Shown one piece after another: positions 14,202-24,372 of a stretch of DNA of 64,000 nucleotides. The notes under the pieces are model-generated. The model was not told the DNA's origin and did not search any database. It saw only the letters and a list, made by a program, of their open reading frames with translations. The stretch comes from Antedon mediterranea (Eukaryota; Animalia; Echinodermata), in the NCBI RefSeq assembly GCF_964355755.1, contig NC_092672.1:2790001-2854000 (forward strand), given 5' to 3'. The translations under genes and the position numbers were made by a program. Each line of letters begins with the position of its first letter. The stretch's first letter is position 1.

Positions 14202-14602
14202 CAAAGATAATAAAAGGAGAAGATACAACAGTTCCGTTGGCGGCGTAAACCACATCCGGGTTACTATTTGCCTACGCCTGAAGGTGGCGCACTTCTTTTT
14301 CGCTAGAAGAAGTGCGCCACCTTCAGGCGTGGTAAGGTAAAACTATCTATAAAAATGCAAACGATGATTATTTATCAAAATGATTATCAAAATATTAATA
14401 ATATCAAAATTAGTAGAGCACAGACGCGAGAACACATCAGATCATCACGATCCATCCAAACGTGGAATTAGACGGGAACCATATCTAAAGCCCGCCATCG
14501 TTCGGCTGCTGGATTCTTACTCGTCCATGAAAGCACGTCCACGTTTCCTATCCTATACATAACAGCGCGTACTGTTGATTCTTTACCTATTTATATTCTT
14601 TG
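14202..14602. mobile_element. Non-autonomous DNA transposon, P-superfamily-like
   Basis: Imperfect TIRs of about 31 bp starting CAAAG (caaagataataaaaggagaagatacaacagt vs caaagaatataaataggtaaagaatcaacagt). 7-bp TSD GTAGTAA (14195-14201, 14603-14609). CANRG termini with a 7-8 bp TSD are P-like. Confidence 0.65.
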
Positions 14603-15007
14603 GTAGTAACTAGATAATGATAAGTTTATTGAAAATATGCTTTTAGAATAGCCGCACGTATATATATTATAATTTCTTGATTTAATGTAGTAAAAACATG
14701 CTAATTGGTCACTCTGTAAAGAGAGAGCTAACGACAACTTCCGGATGTCAACAGTGGAAACCTTTTACCTACAATGTTGTAGAACATTAATGACCTTTGT
14801 TAATAGTGAATCATCCAATTTAGCTTATTGAGATATTTTGTGTTTAGAAGGTTCTATTTAAGATTGGCATTTAGTAAAATTGCTTTCTCCATTAATTAGG
14901 GTTAGGGTTAGCCGGTATTTGTATTAGTGCATTTATAACTGTACACATCTCTGCTCATGGTTGTCATTTTTCACATTTACAACACTAGGCCTATACTATT
15001 TCCTTAA

Positions 15008-15269
15008 AGATGTATTGTCCTCCCAAAACATAAAAGATAAATAAATAAAGATGAATAAAATCAGACTTTGAATAGATTAGTTTGTAGCTTTAATAATCAA
15101 GTTAATCATTTCTGTAGAAATAAAAATGGAAACAAATTTATGTTTTCACTTATTTATAAAATTACAAAATAAATGGTTAAATTCAACCAAAAAGCCATTG
15201 GCTGGCAGCCAATTTGACTATTTTTTTTTTTAAATTTAAAAATAAATTTTTCAGGGGGACAATACATCT
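15008..15269. mobile_element. Kolobok-like MITE (TTAA TSD, AG...CT termini)
   Basis: ttaa|agatgtattgtcc ... ggacaatacatct|ttaa. A second copy lies at 61926-62049. Confidence 0.75.
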
Positions 15270-16434
15270 TTAAAACAATGTGTCTATTTAATATTGCAAA
15301 TTACATCATGATTTACTTTACTATATACTATAGCTAGAATTAAGTAATCATCATGGTACAGTAGATAGATAGACATCAGCCACTAAACACTAAAAATTTC
15401 TTTCTATTCATTTGAATGGGTGTTAACAAAACTCATTGTGTGAAGTTAACCACTGTTGAGGTTTAATCAAAGAAACACATCTGTCATATTAGGGCAAAGT
15501 ATTTAATTTAATCATAATTTAGGGAATACCACTAAGGATATAGATACTGCTCCCCTTTCCTGTTGGGTGGGGCTCTTCCTTATATTAGGATGTTTGATCT
15601 AGTAGCTCAAATCGCAATAGGAAATGTTTCTCCCCATTATTTGTGTTTTAAAGAGGTCAGAACGTACACAATAAAACATTAGATTTCACGAAAAGATTTA
15701 TCAAGCTAATTTCTGGAATTAGCTTTATTTATACGTTATTTCAAATTTCTGTGCCAAGTAAATTTTATTCTGGCAATATTGGTTGGTGATGTTTCTGGCT
15801 GTTTAATATATCATGAGCATTAATCAGTACACAAAGATAATGCGCATTATTGGTGGTGAAGCAGAACTGTTCTTCTCACCTTGAGACATCTTAATTATTT
15901 CTTCCCCACCTGCTTCTAATAAAATCCACCTGTTATTTAAAGTAATCTCTAATGAGACCCTTGACTTGAATTCGGAAAGACTACCTTTACTTCCAACGAC
16001 AGAATGAGTGTAATCGGCATAGAAGATGCTTTACAGCTAGGGGACGCTAGAATATGTCTCGTAGGAATAATATTATAGTAAGGGGTGGTTGGGGATCGAG
16101 TTAGACTAATTATAATCAAGACCCACGAGTCGTCTCCTCTGCCTCATCTGAAGATTTAATATCAAAACTTGTAAGACTTTATCAACGTAGTGAACTAAGA
16201 GACATAGCACTACTTTTCACGGATCACATCTTCTTCACACACATCACTGTACACAGGGGATAATTTCCTCGTAAGAATTTACCAAAAAATTGTAAATCAC
16301 CTGAAAGCATGCTTAATTAATGCAACAACGCAAAATAATCTTTTGAAGGTGTTATTACTAATTTCCTAAATCCGGTGGTTAATATTATTTCAATTTTCAT
16401 GAATGCAAGTAAACATGATTTTCATTCTTTATAC

Positions 16435-16927
16435 AGCTCTTTCTACACTATCAAACTTATGTGACAACAAAGTGTCATGTACCCAAATAATAGCTTATGG
16501 TATTTTTGTGAGGTAATTTCCCGATTGATCGTAATCAAAACGGTACTGGGTATGGTCTACTAGTTTTTCTGCTCCCAACCAGTACATCCATTTATAGAAG
16601 CTTTGATGAAGTAAGCCTACCTGGTGGTGGCCATAGAACGGTCCCGAGATAACGACTATACTTCGGCTTTAGTCAATAGAAGATTGAATAAATTGTTAGA
16701 TAGAGATAGAGTATACGATGTTATGATTATTATGTGTAGATATGTGATTTGTTCTTTTTATTCAAATGATGTTATGTATTTAATAAATTTGTTATATCAA
16801 TTAATTAAATTATCGTAGATTGCATATTATGCGATGAATATTATTTAAAAAATATGACAACATCATGTCCTTACATGGGCACATCACGTTTGTATGTCAC
16901 ATAAAGTTTGATAGTGTAGACAGAGCT
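16435..16927. mobile_element. Family-A MITE interrupted by an unrelated insertion of about 350 bp (about 16503-16850)
   Basis: Left half agctctttctacactatcaaact..., right half ...atatgacaacatcatgtcc...tttgatagtgtagacagagct. Confidence 0.8.
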
Positions 16928-17260
16928 TCTGTCTGCAGTAGGTTCTCTTTTGTACTGGGCAAAGGTGCACAGGTTCACCATGGAGGAATACAGGTAGTTT
17001 AGACTAAACTTATTCCTCCATTGGTTCAGCAAGCATATCGTTATGTTTGCTTAATTATTTTTTTAAAAAATGATAAATACAAATTATATGATGATTTCTT
17101 CTTCTTTCTTTTTATACTTTTTTTTTTAAAATGTTGTATTAAATTAGGATACTATATGAACCATGTACATATTCAATATAATTTTTGCTAACAATAACAT
17201 CAAAAGAGAAATCAAATTGAAAATGATGGACTTCGCTGCTTACCAAGAAAAATGTGATGG

Positions 17261-17341
17261 TTATTCCCGCTTGATGAGTTGTGATAAAGCTTCACGTAAT
17301 TGATTTATTTCTGCTTTCAAACCTGCATTCACTTCTCGTTC
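17261..17341 (-). CDS. C2H2 zinc-finger gene, last coding exon (coiled-coil tail EREVNAGLKAEINQLREALSQLIKRE*)
   Basis: Strong acceptor ctttttttttgtcttttag|. Phase 0 matches the previous exon. Heptad-like amphipathic peptide ending in TAA, with donor TTG|gtaagc 17 nt after the stop. Confidence 0.8.
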   Translation of the reverse strand, partial: EREVNAGLKAEINQLREALSQLIKRE

Positions 17342-17466
17342 CTAAAAGACAAAAAAAAAGAGAGATAATATTTTAGTTCTTTTTTATGGGTAAAAGTTGA
17401 AGACAATGTTTACCAGAAGATTTTATATTTAAAAGACAGAAAAGTGTATTATATATAATATTGCCG

Positions 17467-17613
17467 AGTGTTGCCTGAATGCTCTGTTAATTTTTCTGGC
17501 TGTTTTACTTTATCGTTTTGATTTAGTTTTTGCTTATTTTATTTTGAATCTCCATTGAGATCCAGCAACTGATACCCACAGCATTGTCATTTTTACAGTG
17601 ATTTGCCTTTGGA
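17467..17613 (+). mobile_element. 5'-truncated copy of the Penelope-like repeat (opposite orientation)
   Basis: agtgttgcctgaatgctctg...ttttctggctgttttacttt...atctccattgagatccagcaactgatacccacagcattgtcatttt...gcctttgga matches the reverse complement of 23912-24373. It lacks CTGATGA. Confidence 0.8.
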
Positions 17614-20600
17614 CTTAACTAATTTTATACAATATGTATCTGAAACTATAAATATATGGATTAGACTTTTTTAAAGAATGGAAATTAATAAATTTGTTTA
17701 ATTCTTCCCAATCTTGGTGAGACTGCCTTACAATATGTGGTGTACTTTATTCTTTTTAAAAATAAAAATGCAAAATGCAAATTATTATAAAAAAAAATGT
17801 ATTGAATGAAGAAATAAAAAAAACACAGATTATATCAATCCTGAAAAGGAAACACACAAGGAACTGGAATAAAAAAAACTGCAAAACAATACTAGTTTCT
17901 TGGTTTCATAAAATTAAAGGTTTCTTTACGAGCTGTTTTTATGCATGGTCCTTACAGTAAATGTAGAAAATGCTTAATATTCAAAAGAAATCAAAAACTT
18001 TTAACAAACAAATGACAACAAACTTCATTCAATAAATGTTTAAATTCACAATAAATCCAGTATTTGTTTCAAATGAATTGGAAGCTTTTGGACTTCCTGG
18101 ACAAGAAAGGCTAGATCATTTATTAGAATTCTATATTGTTTCCTTAGTTAAAGAAAACAATGAACAGAATACGGTTTATCAGGAACACCACATGTCACGA
18201 AAGGTGATTGACATTTCATATATCCCCTTCACAAGTTCTGTAATGTGAGGGTATTTACGAATTTTAGAAGCTGATAAATTCTCTAACTCCCTTGTTAATA
18301 TTAGTAAGTTTTAATTTAATTTTTAATAACCTGACCAAAGGTGATTCAGTTCTACAGTTGAGTTGAGTACGCTATGAATAAGAAAGGAGAATGATTGTAT
18401 CCTTTTTATTTCCAGTATAGCAATTATGTTATTTTCATGCTAGAACCAATCCTACACAAGGCTCCTTCCTATCTGTGCCTGTATTAAAATACCATACCCT
18501 TGTTCCTTTATACTCATTAAACAAATCTTATAATAAAAGTTGTATTATATAGTGTGGTAAGTATTTAAATGCCTGGGGATTGGGCAGATACTAAAAATCA
18601 TCTCTTTTGTGGCCGCCATTAAAATCTTATTATTTAAAACGAAGGACACATATCCAAAAACAGTTCTCATGTAACATTAAATGATTCGGTAGTCGAGATT
18701 TCATTGTTCTATAAACATATCCTGTTGGAAATCTATGGAGATTTTCATGGTCGTCTGATGGGGAGCCTAAGGAGGCGGCTTAGCAAGGGTTTGAAGCAAA
18801 AAAGCTGTTCATTCAAAGCTTAAACAAAGATTAATGGCAGGCCTACAAGGGCCAATCAAATTCACTTAATTACACGGTCATACAGTAACATTAAAAATCA
18901 CATAATATAAAACAGATTATTTTAATTATTAAATGTAATATACTTTAATTCAATGAAGAACAATTAGATTGTAAACGGCAAAAAGTTCATTTGGAAAATT
19001 TATAAATTAGGATTTATATCATTTTCATTAGAAACGAAGAAATTCACAAACTATCCATTGGATTATGCTATTTTCCAATGGTCATTTTTGTTTATCTTGT
19101 CATCGGACTGATTTCCAACCCTCTTTTTAAAATGGTTTAACCCAAAAGAAACTATTCTGAGAAATTCTGTATCATATTTCATCGATAATGAGAAATATGA
19201 AATTTTAATGCCATACCATCAATAGTGAAATTATATATCATGATCTTTCAACAAATTATCTGAATAATAGGTGTTGAAATAGTAATCATATTGACTTCCC
19301 CTTTTTTAGAATGGTATAGTCCAATCAAGCAATCCCCCAACAGTGTTGAAGTCCCCAATTGACCAGGTAAAATGACCATGCATTACTAACAGGATGGAAT
19401 CAACCTTGAGGCATACAATTAAATCTAGGCCTGGACAAAGGATACTCTATGGTGTAAACTTTTACAGATATACTTAATATGCCCAGTGGGCAGCTGGCTC
19501 TAATGTAAAAGGTCATTTTGACCACATGCATTGGCCTAATTCCTGTTTAATTTTCAACAGCACATCCCCCTCCAAGCTCATCCATATTGTTTGTAGTAAT
19601 TTCCAATCCATATGGTATTTTAACAGACTTGGTTAGTGTTTATACCAACAAGAATGGTTAAGCTCAAAGTAGACATAATGGTATGTTCAAATTTCATGAA
19701 TAAAGGATCTCAAATTACTTACTAACTTAGATTATTATGGATGTAAAATGTACAATTATCCTCAGGGTTCAAAGTATAATAATATACCACAAATAACATG
19801 ATTAAATTTCATAAGAATAATTCCTTAGTTAATGTGCGCTTTTTGTTAACTCCCTTCTTATGAACCCCCTCTTCCCCTTCCCCTTTTTATTAATGGAAAC
19901 CAGGTCATGCTTGTGAACTTTAGTTGTGTATATTTCATTTTCAATGTGTTATTAATACCTAAGGGCTTTGGCATTACACCAAAGAAGGAGGGTCTATTGG
20001 ACTTTCTAGTGATACTGGTTAGAATGAAGTAGCCTTTAACTTCTCAGGGTTCTATCTAGGCAAGTTTCAGGTTTGGGTTCTAGGGAAAGGACAGAGTGGT
20101 CTTCTGTGATAGGCAATGAGAACAGCTAGAAATTGTTAAGATCTTTATAAATCACAGTAAACAATAGAAAGTTTAGACCTGTCTTTGTTCTCTCTAATGA
20201 ATGTTGAACACAAATAAGTTGTAAAGTTACTAGAGTAGTAGAAAGATATTACAGTATAAGGACTGGTGTTTTCCATATTAAATACAAAGTTATTTAATTT
20301 ATCTATTTGAAGAAAACTCAATAATATCTTAAAAGTAACAGAATTCTAAAATGGTTTTAAATGCTTTGATTTTACGAATACTTTTCTTCTCTGTTTTCTG
20401 CATTTGATAACCAACCAATTTAATAAAAGAAGTCCCTGAATACAATGAACAAAAATAGAAAAACTTCCTCAAACGCCCATAGTATAGTGATTGTATTGTT
20501 CTTGTACGTGATTCTAAGAAACTTTTGTTTCATTTTTGGTACTAACATTCTTATTGACATCCTGAATAACAAAGCACAGTACTATATCATTAGATATCCT

Positions 20601-20955
20601 ATCCTTTATTGTGTGGTATACAGCTATACAGGGTAAGATCCCTAAAGGCTTTAAAGTTATTATAAGAAATTTAAATTTTAACAAAATACTGTTATTATGA
20701 ACAGAAAAAATGACAGTATTCCACAGAAACACAACACAGTAAATCAAGTGCAAATTTTAAGATGTTTTCTCTCTTTGATATTTGACAGATTGATGGCATA
20801 AATTGATGTATGTTATTATAGTAAGCATATCAACATTGACAAAAAGGTCTACCTATAAATAACAGGCTGAGATGAGCAAAACTATAGGCAATTATTAATT
20901 AAAGACTGCAACCATAAAATCATGTCAAAAATGGATCACATTAGTAAGGACCTTA

Positions 20956-21045
20956 AGCATGACAAAAAAAGTGTGATATGTCCAAACATGGTAGTTATAT
21001 GACATCATTTTTGTCACATAAAATTTGATAGTGTTAGACAGAGCT
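20956..21045. mobile_element. Family-A MITE (internally deleted)
   Basis: tta|agc ... tttgatagtgttagacagagct|tta. Confidence 0.75.
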
Positions 21046-22623
21046 TTATGCTGGTTTCTAGTATCTCCTCAGGAACTACTACATTATACTCAAATCTTAT
21101 CAATTTTTTATTGTTTCCTATCTATTCTTAAACCAATGGGGCCAACTTTCTAAAGGATATTGCCCTTCTGCCCGACTCAATTTGTACTTCCACCCGACCA
21201 AGAATGATTCAAACTTTTTATATAGCTAAACATAAAATATTATTAAGTCAAAATCAAAACATCGTTCATAATTTAATTTTCGCTGTCAAAAGAGGAAAAC
21301 GCACACCTGGATCCACCCCTAGTTCTACCCACTGGATCTACCCCTGACCTATAATTATAAATATATATTTCTATATTTAAATTAATTTAGTGTATATTAA
21401 CCCACAAGACATCAAACTTGTCACTAGTTTCAGTATTGTGCTTTATGGATATAAATTTTATTCAAATTTTTTAAATAAAAACTGTATTATACTATAGTAA
21501 ATTTGTTTATTGGAAGATGTTAGAGTATTTTAGTTCGTTTAAAGACAGTTTCTAATTATCGTATGACTTTGTAATTAAAAGTGTCCTAAAATCTAGACTA
21601 GAATAGCACTAAGCCAAAATCTGTTCCTCTATCTCCTCCTAAAACGCAAGTTCGATACTAACGCCGTTTGTACCTGCTAGATATGTATTATAGTCATTAT
21701 TATACCATGATTAAGATGACAATATTTGTGAAAGAGTCACATGAATGCGACACATTTTTAGAGATGAACTTATGATCAGTTCCCTAGATTAAAAGGCCTG
21801 AGCCTATCAGAGGTTTTATTATTTGTGACACTCGCAATTATCTCTTGATTTCACTTCGACAATACAACGCACAGTAACAATGCAACATTCACATGAAAAT
21901 GTCGTGTCGTGAAAGTGTCACAAAGATCTCCAAATCAGCCTCAATGCAAGCCTCTACGGGAAAAAACGCAATTTTCTACAACTCGACGACAGTTAAAAAT
22001 AAATTTAATTGAATAAGTTGAATAAACAAATACTATGTATGTAGATGAATGAATTTGCCTGCATCATGAATATGAATCTGTTACATATTAAAAATTAGAA
22101 CTGACTGGGATGTCCCTGAGGTGGTTTAATGCATCTTTTGAATTAGTAACTCTCGGCAGACGGACACAGAATGTAGGTCCCCTAGTCAACCTTTTACTCT
22201 TTCTGTTTGCAGGTAATATTCATCAGTTAACTTGTAATTTGAGTTTCGTATTACCCCCACCTGCTGTATATTAATATGCAAGGCATGTGAGCAGACATAG
22301 CTGAGGATTAGCCTATCACATCATGCAAATATATCAATTTGAAGTGGGTGGGGGCAGGCTTGAATCTAAACAGCACGAACTAACATACTTAATTTAAAGT
22401 TAACGCTTTATTATAGTGCAAAATAAATGAAACATGTAGTTTATCATTTTTTAATGATGATGCAGAGAAGTTCCAAAAATGTCATAAAATCACATTAAAA
22501 TGTATGAAAAAGGTGGGGAGTGATTAGGTGTTTAGCTGTTCTAGCTTAACTAGAATTATAAGTTTATTTAACCAGTACAGAAATAACTTTAAATTGAATG
22601 GTTTGTTATTAGAGGAAGACCTG

Positions 22624-23131
22624 GGGCGGTCTATAAACGGTCTTAGCCGGCTATAATTCTTGACGTAGCAAGTAGTCTTATATTATAGACCATTGCTATA
22701 CCGCGGTCTAACCTGTAAGCGGTCTTTAAAATTAAAGCCTACTCGAAGGAGTCTTAAAACTGTCTTAAACCTCTCTTTTTGTTGCTTTTACATATTATTT
22801 ATCGTCAAAGACAACCAATTAAACAAGTTTTAAGTGTTAAATCAAATAATATCGTTGATTTTATTCTTATATAGGCCTAGAATAAATTTTCTTGTGTAGA
22901 AATGTACGTACTGTTATGATTGTGAATTGAACAAGCGTGACGAACATTACCTTATTTGGTATTCTACGCGCAAAGTACGCCCTCAATTTGTTACTTTACG
23001 CGGTCTTATCTAAGACTGTTTTATAGCACTGGTCTAACAGGGGTGGCTTTAGTAAGATTGCTATCTGATAAAGCCGGCTTTAATCGCGGAGTTAAGACTA
23101 TCAGTTAAGACTGTTTTATAGCAATCCGCCC
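22624..23131. mobile_element. Degenerate Harbinger-like MITE
   Basis: Imperfect TIRs gggcggtctataaacggtcttag / ttaagactgttttatagcaatccgccc, flanks CTG / CTA, and internal gtctta/taagac repeats. Confidence 0.6.
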
Positions 23132-23172
23132 CTAATGTAAAGCTTCAATATATTTCAATAGTTTATTTTTAC

Positions 23173-23239
23173 CTTAGTTAGCTCTACCATAATGATATCA
23201 CAGTGCCTACATGTTGGACGAATAGTTGGATCCTTTGCG
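23173..23239 (-). CDS. C2H2 zinc-finger gene, second coding exon ((S)AKDPTIRPTCRHCDIIMVELTK)
   Basis: Acceptor tgtttattttatctttcag| and donor AAG|gtaaaa. 67 nt, phase 2 in and phase 0 out, exactly bridging the 34193 donor and the 17341 acceptor. Confidence 0.8.
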
Positions 23240-23934
23240 CTGAAAGATAAAATAAACATAAATTAATTAATTTATAAATTTTTTATGAATTACGTGACGT
23301 GAAAGTCGACCTTCACGACTTAGACGACTTCACTTACAAGAAGGAAGGACCATAAATTCAAAATGAATGAATCCATCCCATTATATTACACAAGTTTATA
23401 ATGAAGGCATACTCTAATTAAAGACTATCTTTTTTTCGGTTTCCCTCTATATGCAGAAAAAATAGTCTAATTATCTGCATAAAAAATGGGTGGTGCTGTA
23501 TGTCAAACGCACCACTTTCAGTATTGCAACTACGGTATTCTCTATTCTAAACTACTGCTGTTCTGGTCTAGACAAAGTCTAGTAATTCAAAAGAATACAA
23601 TTTTCGTGGAAAAAGTAATTGTGATTTGTGATTTTAGTTTAGTTGTGATATTAGTATAGTTTTGAGAAAACAAAAAAAAGCATAAAATAATTTTAATACC
23701 AACAAATGTAATTAAAATTGTCTTTTTAAAATGGTTTTAAAAAGGCCAAAAACTAGTTCTAATCAACATTATTTATATATCTACACTTAAGAGGCATTAT
23801 ACTAAATAGAGTACTATACACTGGAAATGCATTGGTCTTTAAAACTATATTACACGTATATTACTCTAATGTAACCATGAATAAAAATCATAATCAAACA
23901 ACTGTAATATAAATCCAAAGGCAAAATGCTGAAA

Positions 23935-24308
23935 AAAATGACAATGCTGTGGGTATCAGTGGCTGGATCTCAATGGAGATACAAAATGACAATGCTGTGG
24001 GTATCAGTGGCTGGATCTCAATGGAGATACAAAATGACAATGCTGTGGGTATCAGTGGCTGGATCTCAATGGAGATACAAAATGACAATGCTGTGGGTAT
24101 CAGTGGCTGGATCTCATTGGAGATACAAAATGACAATGCTGTGGGTATCAGTGGCTGGATCTCAATGGAGATACAAAATGACAATGCTGTGGGTATCAGT
24201 GGCTGGATCTCAATGGAGATACAAAATGACAATGCTGTGTGTATCAGTGGCTGGATCTCATTGGAGATACAAAATGACAATGCTGTGGGTATCGGTGGCT
24301 GGATCTCA
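23935..24308. repeat. 48-bp tandem array, about 7.8 near-identical copies
   Basis: Unit aaaatgacaatgctgtgggtatcagtggctggatctcaatggagatac. It explains the 16-aa periodic ORFs. Confidence 0.97.
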
Positions 24309-24334
24309 AAAAAGTAAAACAGCCAGAAAAGTTA

Positions 24335-24372
24335 GCAGAGCTTTCGGGCAACACTAGCCCTTCATCAGTGCA
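24335..24372 (-). ncRNA. Minimal type I hammerhead ribozyme
   Basis: Minus strand: GCA CTGATGA A GGGC-tagtgtt-GCCC GAAA GCTC TGC = stem I, core CUGAUGA, stem II, GAAA, short palindromic stem III (AGCT), CUC cleavage triplet, stem I'. Confidence 0.75.

Noticed and set aside
14896-14911. TTAGGG x2.7
   Set aside because: Too short to call an interstitial telomeric repeat.
23894-24357. Three periodic ORFs (122-143 aa) and a CRISPR-like look
   Set aside because: They are by-products of a stop-poor 48-bp tandem unit. There are no unique spacers and no cas genes.
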